Positions 20,101-29,604 of a DNA stretch of 37,744 bases are shown in pieces (positions within the stretch are counted from its first letter, which is position 1; each line of letters starts with the position of its first letter). The stretch is from Verrucomicrobiales bacterium (GTDB taxonomy: Bacteria > Verrucomicrobiota > Verrucomicrobiia > Limisphaerales > UBA1100). A program made the translations under genes and the position numbers. The notes under the pieces are model-generated. The model did not search any database, was not told the DNA's origin, and saw nothing but the letters and a program-made list of their open reading frames with translations. Where the stretch lies: positions 42,172 to 79,915 of the forward strand of contig JAYOSV010000002.1 in the NCBI GenBank assembly GCA_038139415.1, in the 5' to 3' direction.

Positions 20101-21746
20101 AGGGGGCCAAGCCCGGTGAGGGCGGCGAACTGCCCGGTCGCAAGGTGGATGAAACCATCGCGCGCATTCGTCACAGCACGCCCGGCGTGGGCCTGATCAG
20201 TCCGCCTCCGCATCACGATATTTATTCCATTGAGGATCTGGCGCAGCTGATCCACGACCTCAAGAACGCCAACCGCGCCTCGCGCGTCAGCGTAAAGCTC
20301 GTGTCCGAAATGGGTGTGGGCACGATTGCCGCGGGCGTGACCAAGGCCAAGGCCGACCACATTTTGATCTCTGGCGAAACTGGCGGAACGGGAGCATCGC
20401 CCTTGACGAGTATCAAGCACGCCGGACTGCCGTGGGAGTTGGGCATTGCCGAGACGCACCAGACCTTGGTGCTCAACGACCTTCGCAGCCGCGTGGTACT
20501 GCAGACCGATGGCGGCCTTAAGACCGGCCGCGACGTGGTGATCGCTGCGTTGCTTGGTGCCGAGGAGATGGGCTTTTCCACCGCGCCGCTAATCACGATG
20601 GGTTGCATCATGATGCGCAAGTGTCACCTGAACACCTGCCCGGTGGGCATTGCCACGCAGGACAAGCAGCTACGAAAGAAATTCAACGGTTCACCTGATC
20701 ACGTGGTGAACTATCTGTTCATGGTCGCCGAAGAGGCGCGTCAATTAATGGCGCAATTAGGATTCCGATCGATCAACGAAATGGTTGGCCGCGTGGATGC
20801 TTTGGAAATGCAAAAGGTTATCGATCATTGGAAGGCCGACGGCATCGACCTCAGTTCCATCCTGACGCCGATCGAGAAACCGCATGCCGACGTGGGCACC
20901 TATTGCACGCAATCGCAGGATCACGGTCTCGACAAGGTGCTGGATATGAAACTACTGGAACTGGCCAAGCCCGCTTTAGAGAAGGGTGAGGCGGTGGAGA
21001 TCGAGTTGCCGATCATTAACACCGATCGCACCACGTGCACGATTCTCAGCAACGAATTGGCCAAGGCACACGGCGCGGAGCTGTTGCCGGAAGACACGGT
21101 GAAGATCAAGTTCAACGGGTCCGCCGGCCAAAGTCTCGGCGCGTTTCTGGCTAAGGGCGTGAGCATTGAGCTGGAAGGCGATGCCAATGATTACGTTGGT
21201 AAAGGATTGTCCGGAGGGAAGCTGACGATCTATCCGCCCAAAGTGTCGACCTTTGCGCCGGAGGAAAATATCCTCGTTGGCAACGTTTGCCTCTATGGAG
21301 CCACCGGTGGCAAGGCTTTCTTCCGCGGTCGCGCGGCGGAACGGTTCTGCGTGCGGAACAGCGGTGCCAGTGCGGTGATCGAAGGCGTGGGCGACCACGG
21401 TTGCGAATACATGACTGGTGGACGCGCTGTGATTCTAGGCCCCACCGGCCGCAACTTCGCCGCCGGCATGAGCGGTGGCGTGGCGTACATTTTGGATCCG
21501 GACAATGCCTTTCCGGCCAACTGCAACATGGAGATGGTGGAACTCGAAAAGGTCGAGGATGCCGAGGACATCGCCGAGTTGCAGGGCCTTATCGAGGAAC
21601 ACGCCCGGCGCACCGGCTCCACGGTTGCCAGTGAGGTGCTGGACAACTGGAGCACTACGCTCGGGCAGTTTGTGAAAGTGATGCCCACCGACTACAAGCG
21701 CGTGCTGCTGGAACGCAAACAAGCCGAGAAGGAGCTAGTCGCCTAA
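17178..21746 (+). CDS. gltB: Glutamate synthase large subunit
   Basis: Propeptide then CGVGF (Ntn Cys), [30 protein letters not shown], Fe-[21 protein letters not shown] domain. Probable start ATG 17178. Confidence 0.98.
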   Translation: MGNKFQFGLPQKQGLYDPANEKDSCGVGFVANLKGEPSHQNVLDALQMLVNMEHRGGCGCEPNTGDGAGILVGLPESFLRKVAQEDLGVELPAKGRFGAGLVFLPTIESERKQCMEAVEAIIAEQGQQCLGWRDVPVRTEEANVGPAARAAEPHIMQLFIGAADGLEGDDFERQLYVIRKRASHQLRFDESLEQRLLFYICSLSTKVMIYKGMLNTEQVLQYFADLDNPDFATHLAMVHSRFSTNTFPSWDRAQPFRFMSHNGEINTLRGNVNAMRSRQGTLESELMGEDLQKLYPIMEPECSDSGNFDNALEFLLMSGRTLQEAVLLMVPEAWQKHKHMAQSKRDFYEYNSCIMEPWDGPASIAFTDGKYIGAVLDRNGLRPSRYYETHDDRVIMASEVGVIPVDPANVRSKGRLQPGRLFLVDFEQGRIVPDDEIKSEFATQRPYGDWLKNQRIEMDDIAAAGEAAGLDEATLLQRMQAFGFTTETLQFMLLPLVHEKRDPLGSMGNDAALACLSDKPRMIYDYFRQLFAQVTNPAIDSIREEVIMSLECYIGPEKNLLETTEGHAQRLHMPHPILTNEELHALKGMDYRGWRSKEIDITFPKESGIAGVRETLDRICAEAEQAIKDGYSLAILSDRAVSANRVPVSTLMATGAVHHYLVKNALRTQIGLVLETGEAREVHHHCLLVGYGADAINPYMAFEALWKSRREGLCNPEEFGDDASLVAAYRKGVAKGMLKVMAKMGISTLHSYKGAQIFEAIGLQDEVIDLSFVGTASRVQGVNLDELAEEMLRRHALGFPSREEDKVETLPNPGEFHWRAEGEKHMWNPNSIAALQSAARTNNFDSYKQFSDHINNDSKARCALRGLMEFKDGVNGGPIPIEEVEPASEIVKRFCTGAMSFGSISAEAHEGLAIAMNRLGGKSNTGEGGEDPERFNPLPNGDSKRSAIKQIASGRFGVTIWYLTNADELQIKISQGAKPGEGGELPGRKVDETIARIRHSTPGVGLISPPPHHDIYSIEDLAQLIHDLKNANRASRVSVKLVSEMGVGTIAAGVTKAKADHILISGETGGTGASPLTSIKHAGLPWELGIAETHQTLVLNDLRSRVVLQTDGGLKTGRDVVIAALLGAEEMGFSTAPLITMGCIMMRKCHLNTCPVGIATQDKQLRKKFNGSPDHVVNYLFMVAEEARQLMAQLGFRSINEMVGRVDALEMQKVIDHWKADGIDLSSILTPIEKPHADVGTYCTQSQDHGLDKVLDMKLLELAKPALEKGEAVEIELPIINTDRTTCTILSNELAKAHGAELLPEDTVKIKFNGSAGQSLGAFLAKGVSIELEGDANDYVGKGLSGGKLTIYPPKVSTFAPEENILVGNVCLYGATGGKAFFRGRAAERFCVRNSGASAVIEGVGDHGCEYMTGGRAVILGPTGRNFAAGMSGGVAYILDPDNAFPANCNMEMVELEKVEDAEDIAELQGLIEEHARRTGSTVASEVLDNWSTTLGQFVKVMPTDYKRVLLERKQAEKELVA

Positions 21747-21780
21747 CCGGCGAGTCCGGATAACGAAAGGATTTTTCAAG

Positions 21781-23364
21781 ATGGGTAAACCAACAGGATT
21801 TATGGAGTTCGAGCGCGAGGCCGTGCCGTATCGCGACCCGCTCGAGCGCTTGAACGATTACGACGAGATCAACACCACGCCGGATGAGGGGCATCTGCAA
21901 ACGCAGGGTGCCCGCTGTATGGATTGCGGTGTGCCGTTTTGCCAGTCGGCCAACGGCTGCCCGATCGATAACCTCATCCCTGAGTGGAATCATCTCGTGT
22001 ATCAAAAGCGTTGGAAGGAGGCGATTGATCGTCTGCACAAGACCAACAACTTTCCGGAGTTCACCGGTCGTGTATGCCCTGCACCGTGCGAAGGCTCGTG
22101 CGTGCTCGGTATCACCAATCCGCCGGTCACCATCAAGAACCTTGAGAACACGATCATCAACCGCGCCTTTGAGGAAGGCTGGGTGACCAGTGAAGAGCCC
22201 GGTGAGCGTACCGGAAAGAAGATCGCCATCGTCGGTTCTGGCCCGGCCGGTTTGGCCGCCGCGGATCAGCTTAACAAGGTTGGTCACGAGGTCACCGTGT
22301 ACGAGCGCGCCGACCGAATAGGCGGTCTGCTGATGTACGGTATCCCTAACATGAAGCTCGATAAGGGCGTGGTGGAGCGTCGCATCAATCTCTTGCGCGA
22401 ATCTGGCGTGAAGTTTGTCACCTGCGCGCATGTAGGCAAAAAGGAGGACTTCGCCTCCGGCCACATGACCCAGATTATGGAGGAACGCGGCTGCGAGATG
22501 CAGTACATCGATCCGAACGATTTGCAGAAGGACTTTGACGCCGTGCTGATGGCCACCGGCGCGACCAAGCCGTTTGATCCCTCTGGTCGCAATCCGGGGC
22601 GCGATCTCAAGGGTATCCATTTCGCGATGGATTTCCTCACGCGAAACACCAAGAGCCTGCTCGATTCCAATCTGGAGGACGGCGAATACCTCACCGCCAA
22701 GGACAAGCATGTGATTGTCATCGGCGGCGGGGATACCGGCGCAGACTGCATTGGTACCTCGCTGCGCCACGACTGCAAAGATGTCGTGAACTTCGAGTTG
22801 CTCGACCAACCGCCTGTCGAACGCGCCGACAACAATCCCTGGCCGCAATGGCCGCGGGTCTATCGCCTTGACTACTCACACGAAGAGAATAAGGCGAAGA
22901 ACGGCGATGATCCGCGCGCCTACCACATCCTAGCCAAGGAATTTGTCGACGACGGCAACGGTCACATCAAGGGTGTGAAAACTGTTGAGGTCGACTGGTC
23001 CAAGCCCGTCGAAGGCGGCGCGCCCTTTAGCGAAGTGGAAGGCTCTGAGAAGGAATGGCCGGCGGATCTCGTACTGCTCGCCACCGGCTTCGTTGGGCCC
23101 GAATTGGAAGTCGGCGAAATGCTCGGACTCGAGACGCAGAACCCGCGTGGTAATTGGCAGACCTTTATTGGGGAGCACGGCGAATTTACCACCAACGTGG
23201 AAGGTGTGTTTGTTGCGGGCGACTGTCGCCGTGGCCAATCGCTCGTCGTTTGGGCCATCAACGAAGGACGCGGTGCCGCACGCTCCGTTGATCAATACCT
23301 CATGGGCAGTAGCCTGCTTCCCGCCCCGGGCGTCACCCAGGGCAGCACACTAGCAGGCGCCTGA
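21781..23364 (+). CDS. gltD: Glutamate synthase small subunit
   Basis: [61 protein letters not shown]. Confidence 0.98.
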   Translation: MGKPTGFMEFEREAVPYRDPLERLNDYDEINTTPDEGHLQTQGARCMDCGVPFCQSANGCPIDNLIPEWNHLVYQKRWKEAIDRLHKTNNFPEFTGRVCPAPCEGSCVLGITNPPVTIKNLENTIINRAFEEGWVTSEEPGERTGKKIAIVGSGPAGLAAADQLNKVGHEVTVYERADRIGGLLMYGIPNMKLDKGVVERRINLLRESGVKFVTCAHVGKKEDFASGHMTQIMEERGCEMQYIDPNDLQKDFDAVLMATGATKPFDPSGRNPGRDLKGIHFAMDFLTRNTKSLLDSNLEDGEYLTAKDKHVIVIGGGDTGADCIGTSLRHDCKDVVNFELLDQPPVERADNNPWPQWPRVYRLDYSHEENKAKNGDDPRAYHILAKEFVDDGNGHIKGVKTVEVDWSKPVEGGAPFSEVEGSEKEWPADLVLLATGFVGPELEVGEMLGLETQNPRGNWQTFIGEHGEFTTNVEGVFVAGDCRRGQSLVVWAINEGRGAARSVDQYLMGSSLLPAPGVTQGSTLAGA

Positions 23365-23418
23365 GCGGTGGCGATCCGGTCGATTCCATGCTAAGTTGAC
23401 CCTTCAACCCCGCACCTC

Positions 23419-23823
23419 ATGGAAATTACAAAACAACTGGCGGTGTTTCTCGATAACCGCCCGGGTGCCCTTGCGCGCGTTTGCGAAGCCTTTGAAGAAA
23501 AAGGCATCAATATTCATGCCCTTACCACTAGTGACACCGTTGACCACAGCGTCGTGCGCATGGTCGTTGATGACCCGCAATCGGCTATTTGGTTACTGGA
23601 AGAAAACGGCGGCATGGTAGTGGAGGATGAGGTGTTGCTAATAGGTAACGCCAACAAACCCGGCGCGTTGGCCGAACTTGCTCGAACCCTGAGTAAGGTC
23701 GGTGTGAATATCGAGTATCTCTACTGTGCCACCGCGCCCAAATCACGCAAAGGCCTCCTCGTGTTGCGGGTTGATGATGCCCCCAAGGCTCTGGACGCGC
23801 TCAAGGCGTTGTCAATCGATTGA
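23419..23823 (+). CDS. Tandem ACT-domain protein
   Basis: QLAVFLDNRPGALARV...GINI and NKPGALAEL...GVNIEYLY repeats. Confidence 0.9.
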   Translation: MEITKQLAVFLDNRPGALARVCEAFEEKGINIHALTTSDTVDHSVVRMVVDDPQSAIWLLEENGGMVVEDEVLLIGNANKPGALAELARTLSKVGVNIEYLYCATAPKSRKGLLVLRVDDAPKALDALKALSID

Positions 23824-24914
23824 TGCAAACTGCCGCTGCCCAGAAAACACGTATCCTGTGTGGTATGAGCGGCGGAGTGGATTCCTCCGCTACTGCGGCG
23901 TTGTTGCTCGAGCAGGGCTTTGATGTCGTCGGCGTTACCCTTAAGTTATGGCCGCAGGATTGTGTTTCCCGCGCCGAAGATAAATGTTGCGGACCGCAGG
24001 CGGTCATGGATGCCCGTTCCGTTTGTAATAACCTCGGCATCCGCTACTACCTCATTGATGAAGCGGAAGACTTCCAGAAACACGTCATCCAATATTTCGC
24101 CGACGAATATAAAGCCGGCCGCACGCCCAACCCCTGCGTGATGTGCAACGAGCACCTCAAGTTTGGCCGACTCATTGAGCGTGCCGACCAGCTCGGTGCC
24201 GACAAGATTGCCACTGGCCACTTCGCGCGTGTGGAACAAGATAAAGACACCGGTCGATATCTGCTGAAACGCGGCCGCGATGAGCGCAAGGACCAAACCT
24301 ATTTTCTATTTTCCCTTCGCCAAGATCAACTTTCCCGCGCCTTGTTTCCGTTGGGCGAGAAAACCAAAAGTGACACACGCGATGTCGCCCGTCATTGCAA
24401 TCTTAAGACTGCTGACAAGGAGGAAAGCATGGAGATCTGTTTCGTGCCGGATAATGACTACGGCGGCTTCTTACAAAAGGCCGGCCTCGCTGAAAAGCAT
24501 CGAGGCGAAATCGTCGACCTCAACGGCCGTGTGCTAGGACATCACGATGGCATCGAATTCTACACCATCGGCCAACGCAAAGGCCTCGGAATCAGCGCGC
24601 CCAATCCCTTGTACGTCCTAGAGCTCAATGCGGAGGAAAACCGCGTGGTTGTCGGTCCGGTCGAGAATCTCGAAAGCGAATCATTCGAGGTCGAACGCTG
24701 CAACTGGATTCCGTTTGCCGAATTGACCGAGCCGATCGATGCCACCACACGTATCCGTTACAATCATTCCGGCACGCCCGCTACCATTGAGCCCGGCGAA
24801 AATGGCCGGGCCACCGTCCGCCTCCACACCCCTCAACGCGCCATCGCCCCCGGCCAGGCCTGCGTGTTTTATCAAGACGACCTCGTGCTCGGCGGCGGCT
24901 GGATCACAAGGTGA
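23823..24914 (+). CDS. mnmA: tRNA U34 2-thiouridylase
   Basis: PP-loop SGGVDS, TPNPCVMCN, ATGH, KDQTYFL, ESMEICF, TIGQRKGL, PGQ. TGATG overlap with the ACT gene. Confidence 0.97.
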   Translation: MQTAAAQKTRILCGMSGGVDSSATAALLLEQGFDVVGVTLKLWPQDCVSRAEDKCCGPQAVMDARSVCNNLGIRYYLIDEAEDFQKHVIQYFADEYKAGRTPNPCVMCNEHLKFGRLIERADQLGADKIATGHFARVEQDKDTGRYLLKRGRDERKDQTYFLFSLRQDQLSRALFPLGEKTKSDTRDVARHCNLKTADKEESMEICFVPDNDYGGFLQKAGLAEKHRGEIVDLNGRVLGHHDGIEFYTIGQRKGLGISAPNPLYVLELNAEENRVVVGPVENLESESFEVERCNWIPFAELTEPIDATTRIRYNHSGTPATIEPGENGRATVRLHTPQRAIAPGQACVFYQDDLVLGGGWITR

Positions 24915-24963
24915 AGGTAGCGCGGTTTCTCCAAAACCGCCAAAATGAGGCTGAAAGTTGGCC

Positions 24964-25611
24964 TTACCGCTTCCGGTTATACGAGTTCAATGAGTATTTT
25001 GTGGCCACCAATTCGTTGGCCCGCGCTTCCGGAAGTGTGTCCAACAAACCACAGTCTCCGGCCAAGGCGCGCATCCAGTTCTGGTGCGGCCAATCGTTCA
25101 GTGGTTGCACGGAGCCTTGAATCAGGAGACCAAAACGATTGCGGCGTTGGGCTGCTCCGGCGATTTTTTTACCTTTCCAAAGCAGATCATGAAGTTCGTG
25201 TCCCTCAAAACATTCCCCGGGTTTGGGCCGACGACAACAATCGGCCAGCGTTGTTTTCTTCCCGATCTTTTGAAAGGCCGCCTGCAACAGGGCATGCACG
25301 CGGCGATAGCTCTCCGCTGCGGGCAGGGCGGTCCAATCATGATCTTTGGGGAAAGTTAGGCTATAGGTCCAATCGCCGTCATGCGGGACCAATCCGCCAC
25401 CTGTGCAGCGGCGAATCAAGGGGCGTAATTTTGTAGTAGCTTCTATTTGGTCAATTTTTTGCGAATAGCCAAAAGTGGCGCAGGGTTTGGTCCAATCATA
25501 AAAACGCAGAACAGGTTGGCCAAGGGGTGAGGCATTTTCCAATAGCGCCTCATCAAGAGCCATATTGTAGGCGGGGTTACTGGGGCCACTTATGAGTAAC
25601 AGCCAATCCAT
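24964..25611 (-). CDS. Lipoate-protein ligase A / octanoyltransferase LipM-like protein
   Basis: NMALDEALL, LRFYDW, RRCTGGGLVPH, ECF, GKKIAGAAQRR. TGATG overlap with nth. Confidence 0.85.
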   Translation of the reverse strand: MDWLLLISGPSNPAYNMALDEALLENASPLGQPVLRFYDWTKPCATFGYSQKIDQIEATTKLRPLIRRCTGGGLVPHDGDWTYSLTFPKDHDWTALPAAESYRRVHALLQAAFQKIGKKTTLADCCRRPKPGECFEGHELHDLLWKGKKIAGAAQRRNRFGLLIQGSVQPLNDWPHQNWMRALAGDCGLLDTLPEARANELVATKYSLNSYNRKR

Positions 25612-26258
25612 CACGGTGATGTCGGGCAAAACTGTTGTATTTCGCAGTCAGGACAATCGGGTTTACGTGCCTCGCATCTGCGTCGTCCGTGCCAAATAAT
25701 CCAGTGGCTGAAAAGCGTCCAATGTTCGCGCGGGACAAGCTTTATCAAATCTTTCTCAATCTTCTCGGGCGTCTTAGCAGAGGTGATTTTTAAGCGGTCG
25801 CAGAGGCGGGCGACGTGGGTATCCACGACAACGCCTTCGTTGATGTTAAAGGCGTTGCCGAGTATGACGTTGGCAGTCTTGCGGCCGACGCCGGCGAGTG
25901 CAACCAGCTCTGGCATCGTTTGCGGCACTTTGCCTTTGTGGTTTTCGACGAGGGCGCGGCAGGCATTTTGAATGCTCTTGGCCTTATTGCGAAACAGACC
26001 AATCCGTCGGATGTCATTCTGCAATTCCTCCAACGGCACGGCTGTGTAGTCGGCGGCTTGGCGATATTTTTTGAAGAGCTCGGTCGTGACGATGTTGACC
26101 TGCTTATCCGTGCATTGAGCCGATAAGATGGTGGCCACCATCAGCTCTAGTGGGTTGCGATAATTCAGCTCACAATGCGCATCGGGATACGTCTGCTGAA
26201 GCCCCGCGATGATGTCGCCGAGGCGTTCGCGTTTGGAGGCCTGCGATTCGCGCGGCAT
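25611..26258 (-). CDS. nth: Endonuclease III
   Basis: ATILSAQCTD, HhH LAGVGRKTANV, VVDTHV, 4Fe-4S C-x6-C-x2-C-x5-C. Start ATG 26258. Confidence 0.97.
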   Translation of the reverse strand: MPRESQASKRERLGDIIAGLQQTYPDAHCELNYRNPLELMVATILSAQCTDKQVNIVTTELFKKYRQAADYTAVPLEELQNDIRRIGLFRNKAKSIQNACRALVENHKGKVPQTMPELVALAGVGRKTANVILGNAFNINEGVVVDTHVARLCDRLKITSAKTPEKIEKDLIKLVPREHWTLFSHWIIWHGRRRCEARKPDCPDCEIQQFCPTSP

Positions 26259-26259
26259 G

Positions 26260-27486
26260 CTAAACCAACTCCGGTTCTTCGATGGTATCGGGCGGCGAAT
26301 GTAACGGAGTGCCGTCGGGCGCCTCGGGGTACTCAAACACTTTCCCCTCGAAATTCCGGATCACCACGCGGTCGGCATTGTGGCTGAGTAAGTAATTCGG
26401 GTTCACCGGCACCTTGCCGCCGCCGCCGGGGGCATCGATCACATATTGCGGCACGGCGTAGCCGGTGGTGTGGCCGCGCAGTTGCTCCATGATTTCCAGC
26501 CCGCGCCGCACGCTGGTGCGCAGGTGCGCGCTGCCGTTGATGAGGTCGCACTGATAAATATACAACGGCCGCACGCGACACATCAGCAGCTTTTGCACGA
26601 GTGCTTTCATGACAACGGCATCATCGTTCACACCCTTGAGCAGCACGGACTGGTTGCCCAGCGGAATGCCGGCATCGGCCAGACGCGCGAGGCCGTCGCG
26701 CACTTCAGTGGTGAGCTCGCGTGGATGATTGGCGTGCACACTGATGAAGAGCGGATGAAACTCCTTGAGCACTGCACACAGCTCGGGCGTGATGCGTTGC
26801 GGGAGAAAGATCGGGATCCGGCTACCAATGCGGATGAATTCCACATGCGGAATGGAGCGCAGCTCGGTGAGCAGTTGGCGCAGCTTGGAGTCGCTGAGCA
26901 ACAGGGCATCGCCGCCGGAGAGTAACACATCGCGCACGGCAGGCGTGCGGCGGATGTACTCGATCTGTTCCTTGAAGTTCGGCCGGAAATCGTAGCCCAA
27001 CGCATTGCTCACCAACCGTGACCGCGTGCAGTAGCGGCAGTAGGCTGCGCAGCGGTCGGTGACCAGAAACAACACGCGATCTGGGTAGCGGTGCACCAAT
27101 CCGGGCACAGGCGAATGGCTGTCCTCGCCGCAAGGATCTCCCATCTCCCACGGGGCAGTCTCGGCCTCCTGCACGCTTGGAAGCATTTGCCGGCGAATCG
27201 GGCAATCGGGGTCGTTGCCGTTGATGAGATTGAAAAAATGGGGCGTGATGGCCATCGCCAGCTTGGTGTCCGCCAGACGCGCGCCTTCGACTTCCTGAGG
27301 CGTCAAATCCGGAATCCGACTCTGGAGTCCCTCCAGCGAGCTCACCCGATTCTTGAGCTGCCACCGCCAGTTGTTCCAATCCGCCTCGTCTACGTCCGCC
27401 CACGTTCCAAGTCCTGAAGGATGAAATTCCTTCAGTTTCAGCAATTGGTCCAGATGGAGATCCGAGTCGGAACAGGCGGATGACAT
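26260..27486 (-). CDS. kamA: KamA-family radical SAM enzyme, lysine 2,3-aminomutase-like
   Basis: HRYPDRVL, CAAYCRYC, LLSGGD, NQSVLLKGVND, YQCD, PLP lysine motif DAPGGGGK. Start ATG 27486. Confidence 0.88.
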   Translation of the reverse strand: MSSACSDSDLHLDQLLKLKEFHPSGLGTWADVDEADWNNWRWQLKNRVSSLEGLQSRIPDLTPQEVEGARLADTKLAMAITPHFFNLINGNDPDCPIRRQMLPSVQEAETAPWEMGDPCGEDSHSPVPGLVHRYPDRVLFLVTDRCAAYCRYCTRSRLVSNALGYDFRPNFKEQIEYIRRTPAVRDVLLSGGDALLLSDSKLRQLLTELRSIPHVEFIRIGSRIPIFLPQRITPELCAVLKEFHPLFISVHANHPRELTTEVRDGLARLADAGIPLGNQSVLLKGVNDDAVVMKALVQKLLMCRVRPLYIYQCDLINGSAHLRTSVRRGLEIMEQLRGHTTGYAVPQYVIDAPGGGGKVPVNPNYLLSHNADRVVIRNFEGKVFEYPEAPDGTPLHSPPDTIEEPELV

Positions 27487-27493
27487 ATGGGGT

Positions 27494-27522
27494 AGGGTAA
27501 GAAAGGAGTAGAGGGCTGTCAA
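27494..27522 (-). promoter_or_regulatory. sigma70 promoter TTGACA-N17-TACCCT, 7 nt before the kamA ATG (leaderless)
   Basis: Consensus -35 with exact spacing; no SD present. Confidence 0.7.
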
Positions 27523-27528
27523 CCGGCC

Positions 27529-28863
27529 TTAAGGCGTGGAAAACTTGGCGTGGGTTTCCGGTTTCTCCGGATTCATGTCGGCGAGGATGGTGTCGAGCAG
27601 GCTGAGCTTGGCGATTGCGCGATCGCGCAGGGCTGCTTGGGCGGTGGGTTTGGTGCGGATAGCGCGATGGATTTTGGAGGAGCGCAGGCCGAGGTAGGCT
27701 CCAAGTGTTTCACGATAATCTTGAATGATCCGGGCGGTTTCGGGGGTGGAATTGACCTGCAGGAAGGCAAGCCGTTGGAGGACGGGCGTCAATTTTAGGG
27801 CTCGTTCTTGGGGCGTGGGGTCGGTGCGAAGGTAGGTTTGAAGTGAGATTCGTTGGGTTTTGGGTTTAGCTTGTGGCGAATCTGGAGGGAGTTCGGTTTC
27901 GATTTGCAGGCAATCACTCAGGTGAACGAGAATGACTTCCGGTCGCCAGCGGTGAAAGGCATCGCGGCTGCGAAACTGGATTTGAGCCATGGACCACCAT
28001 TGCTCGATTTTCAACATACTCTCGTGCCCGAAGGCGACGCCAAACGCGCGCGCGCTGTTCTTGTGCTTGGGAAGTTCGCGCAGGAAAAATTGTATGCGCT
28101 CAGGGCCTTTGGAGAGCTCAATCAATTTGTGCACGAGCAAATGAGCGTGTGCACGATACACTGGATCCTCGGCGCCTTTGAAGGGGGGCGGCGGTAGAGT
28201 GAGGTTCAGGTAGGAGATGGGTTTGGAATTCTGGATGAATTCGCGACTGGCGTGGAGGGGGTCTTGGGGATGCGTGAAATTCAATCCGCCAACTGCTTGA
28301 GGAGCGAATGGCGTAAAGAGAATGGGGCCTTTCGATTGTAGAATGAGCTCTGTAGTACCCGGGGTGATCCACGTAGGCAATACGGGGTCCGCGGATGAAT
28401 AGCGTCCGGCAAACTCAGTAAACAAAAGGTCGACGATGAGCTCGGTTAATTCCAGGCCGGGCATAAGTTGAGGCACGGAGGCCCGGTAATCCCAAGAGCC
28501 GGTGGCATTGGGGATGCGGCCAAAGCGCGCTGGGTCACCCAGCTTGCCTGGGATGATTTGCAAATGAATCTGGCCTTGCCAGCGAGAGGCGATCCCAAAG
28601 CGCTTCACCCACTGATCCCGGATGGATTCTGCAAACTGCGCTAAGCCTGAAGGGTGGAGTTGAACGCGATCTGGAACGGCTTTTACTTTATTGGGCGCAG
28701 CCACGAACGTGGCATCCACCAACGAGCTTACCACGAACTGCCGCGAACGGCTGGTGAGCGTTTGACCGGGGCGCAGGCGTTGCGCATGCGCCCAATCCAC
28801 AGTGCTCAGCAGAGCCAATGCCGCGAGGCATCGCAAGGTTCGGCTGGCAAAGGAAAGGGTCAT
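27529..28863 (-). CDS. Exported hypothetical protein, degenerate peptidase MA-like
   Basis: Signal peptide (AHA-Q); LPTWITPGTTEL and AFGVAFG..IEQWW resemble gluzincin MA-like domains, but there is no HEXXH. ATGA overlap with the FmdB gene. Confidence 0.6.
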   Translation of the reverse strand: MTLSFASRTLRCLAALALLSTVDWAHAQRLRPGQTLTSRSRQFVVSSLVDATFVAAPNKVKAVPDRVQLHPSGLAQFAESIRDQWVKRFGIASRWQGQIHLQIIPGKLGDPARFGRIPNATGSWDYRASVPQLMPGLELTELIVDLLFTEFAGRYSSADPVLPTWITPGTTELILQSKGPILFTPFAPQAVGGLNFTHPQDPLHASREFIQNSKPISYLNLTLPPPPFKGAEDPVYRAHAHLLVHKLIELSKGPERIQFFLRELPKHKNSARAFGVAFGHESMLKIEQWWSMAQIQFRSRDAFHRWRPEVILVHLSDCLQIETELPPDSPQAKPKTQRISLQTYLRTDPTPQERALKLTPVLQRLAFLQVNSTPETARIIQDYRETLGAYLGLRSSKIHRAIRTKPTAQAALRDRAIAKLSLLDTILADMNPEKPETHAKFSTP

Positions 28864-29174
28864 GTTTTTTTGGGCTTACTTTTCGCGCTACTTTTCTTTT
28901 TGGAATCAGATTTTTTGCTTTCCGATTTTTTCTCCGAAGCTTTCTTGGCGGCGTCGCTGGCTTTCTTTTCGCCGCTCTTGTAGTTTTCACTGCGGTAATC
29001 TGTTTCGTAAAAACCGCCGCCCTTAAAGATAATCCCTCCACCAGTGCCTAGGAGGCGTGTGACTTTGCCACGGCAACCTTCCTCAGTGCAGTGGGTTAGT
29101 TTAGGCGCTTTGATGGACTGAAAATGGTCGAAAATAGTGCCGCATTTGGCACATTCATATTCGTAAGTTGGCAT
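28860..29174 (-). CDS. FmdB-family zinc-ribbon protein with a Lys/Ser-rich tail
   Basis: MPTYEYECAKCG...C....C...RLL..GGGIIFKGGGFYETDY. Confidence 0.93.
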   Translation of the reverse strand: MPTYEYECAKCGTIFDHFQSIKAPKLTHCTEEGCRGKVTRLLGTGGGIIFKGGGFYETDYRSENYKSGEKKASDAAKKASEKKSESKKSDSKKKSSAKSKPKKT

Positions 29175-29244
29175 GAACAGAACCTTCCCTTCCTCCTGCA
29201 GTTTTTCTATGGCAAAAGCTGGCGAGGGTCAAGGCGTTGTTGGC

Positions 29245-29278
29245 TTGCAATTCACAGGTTATTCACATATGTTTAACG
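29245..29278 (+). promoter_or_regulatory. sigma70 promoter (TTGCAA-N17-TATGTT) overlapped by three 11-bp-phased TT(C/A)AC(A/G) direct repeats
   Basis: TTCACA at 29251, TTCACA at 29262, TTAACG at 29273. Confidence 0.6.
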
Positions 29279-29313
29279 GGAACCCAAAAACGCCTACGGG
29301 CGAGGTATGCGCT

Positions 29314-29589
29314 ATGGCTATGACACGTCAAAAAGTTTTGGATCAATATTTCATGGATGCACGGCACAAGCTGATTGATATTGCTGCGTTTCTGGATCGT
29401 GTGGATCGCGCGGAAGGCGACGCGGATTTTCGGCTGAAAGCCTTTCGCGACGCCATGAAGCGGCTAGATGACAACGGCAAGGATCGTGCGCACGATGTGC
29501 TGATGGCCTTCAGTGATCCTACTGGAGAGCCCATCGCAGTTGCTCACGGCAAGGGAGCATGTGGAGCTTGGCCCGGTCAGGGCGAGTAG
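29314..29589 (+). CDS. Small hypothetical protein preceding eboB
   Basis: About 90-aa ORF (LDQYFMDARHKLIDIAAFLDRVDR...FSDP), 15 nt upstream of the TatD gene. Start is 29314 or 29320. Confidence 0.75.
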   Translation: MAMTRQKVLDQYFMDARHKLIDIAAFLDRVDRAEGDADFRLKAFRDAMKRLDDNGKDRAHDVLMAFSDPTGEPIAVAHGKGACGAWPGQGE

Positions 29590-29604
29590 GGTATAGCTCT
29601 CGGC

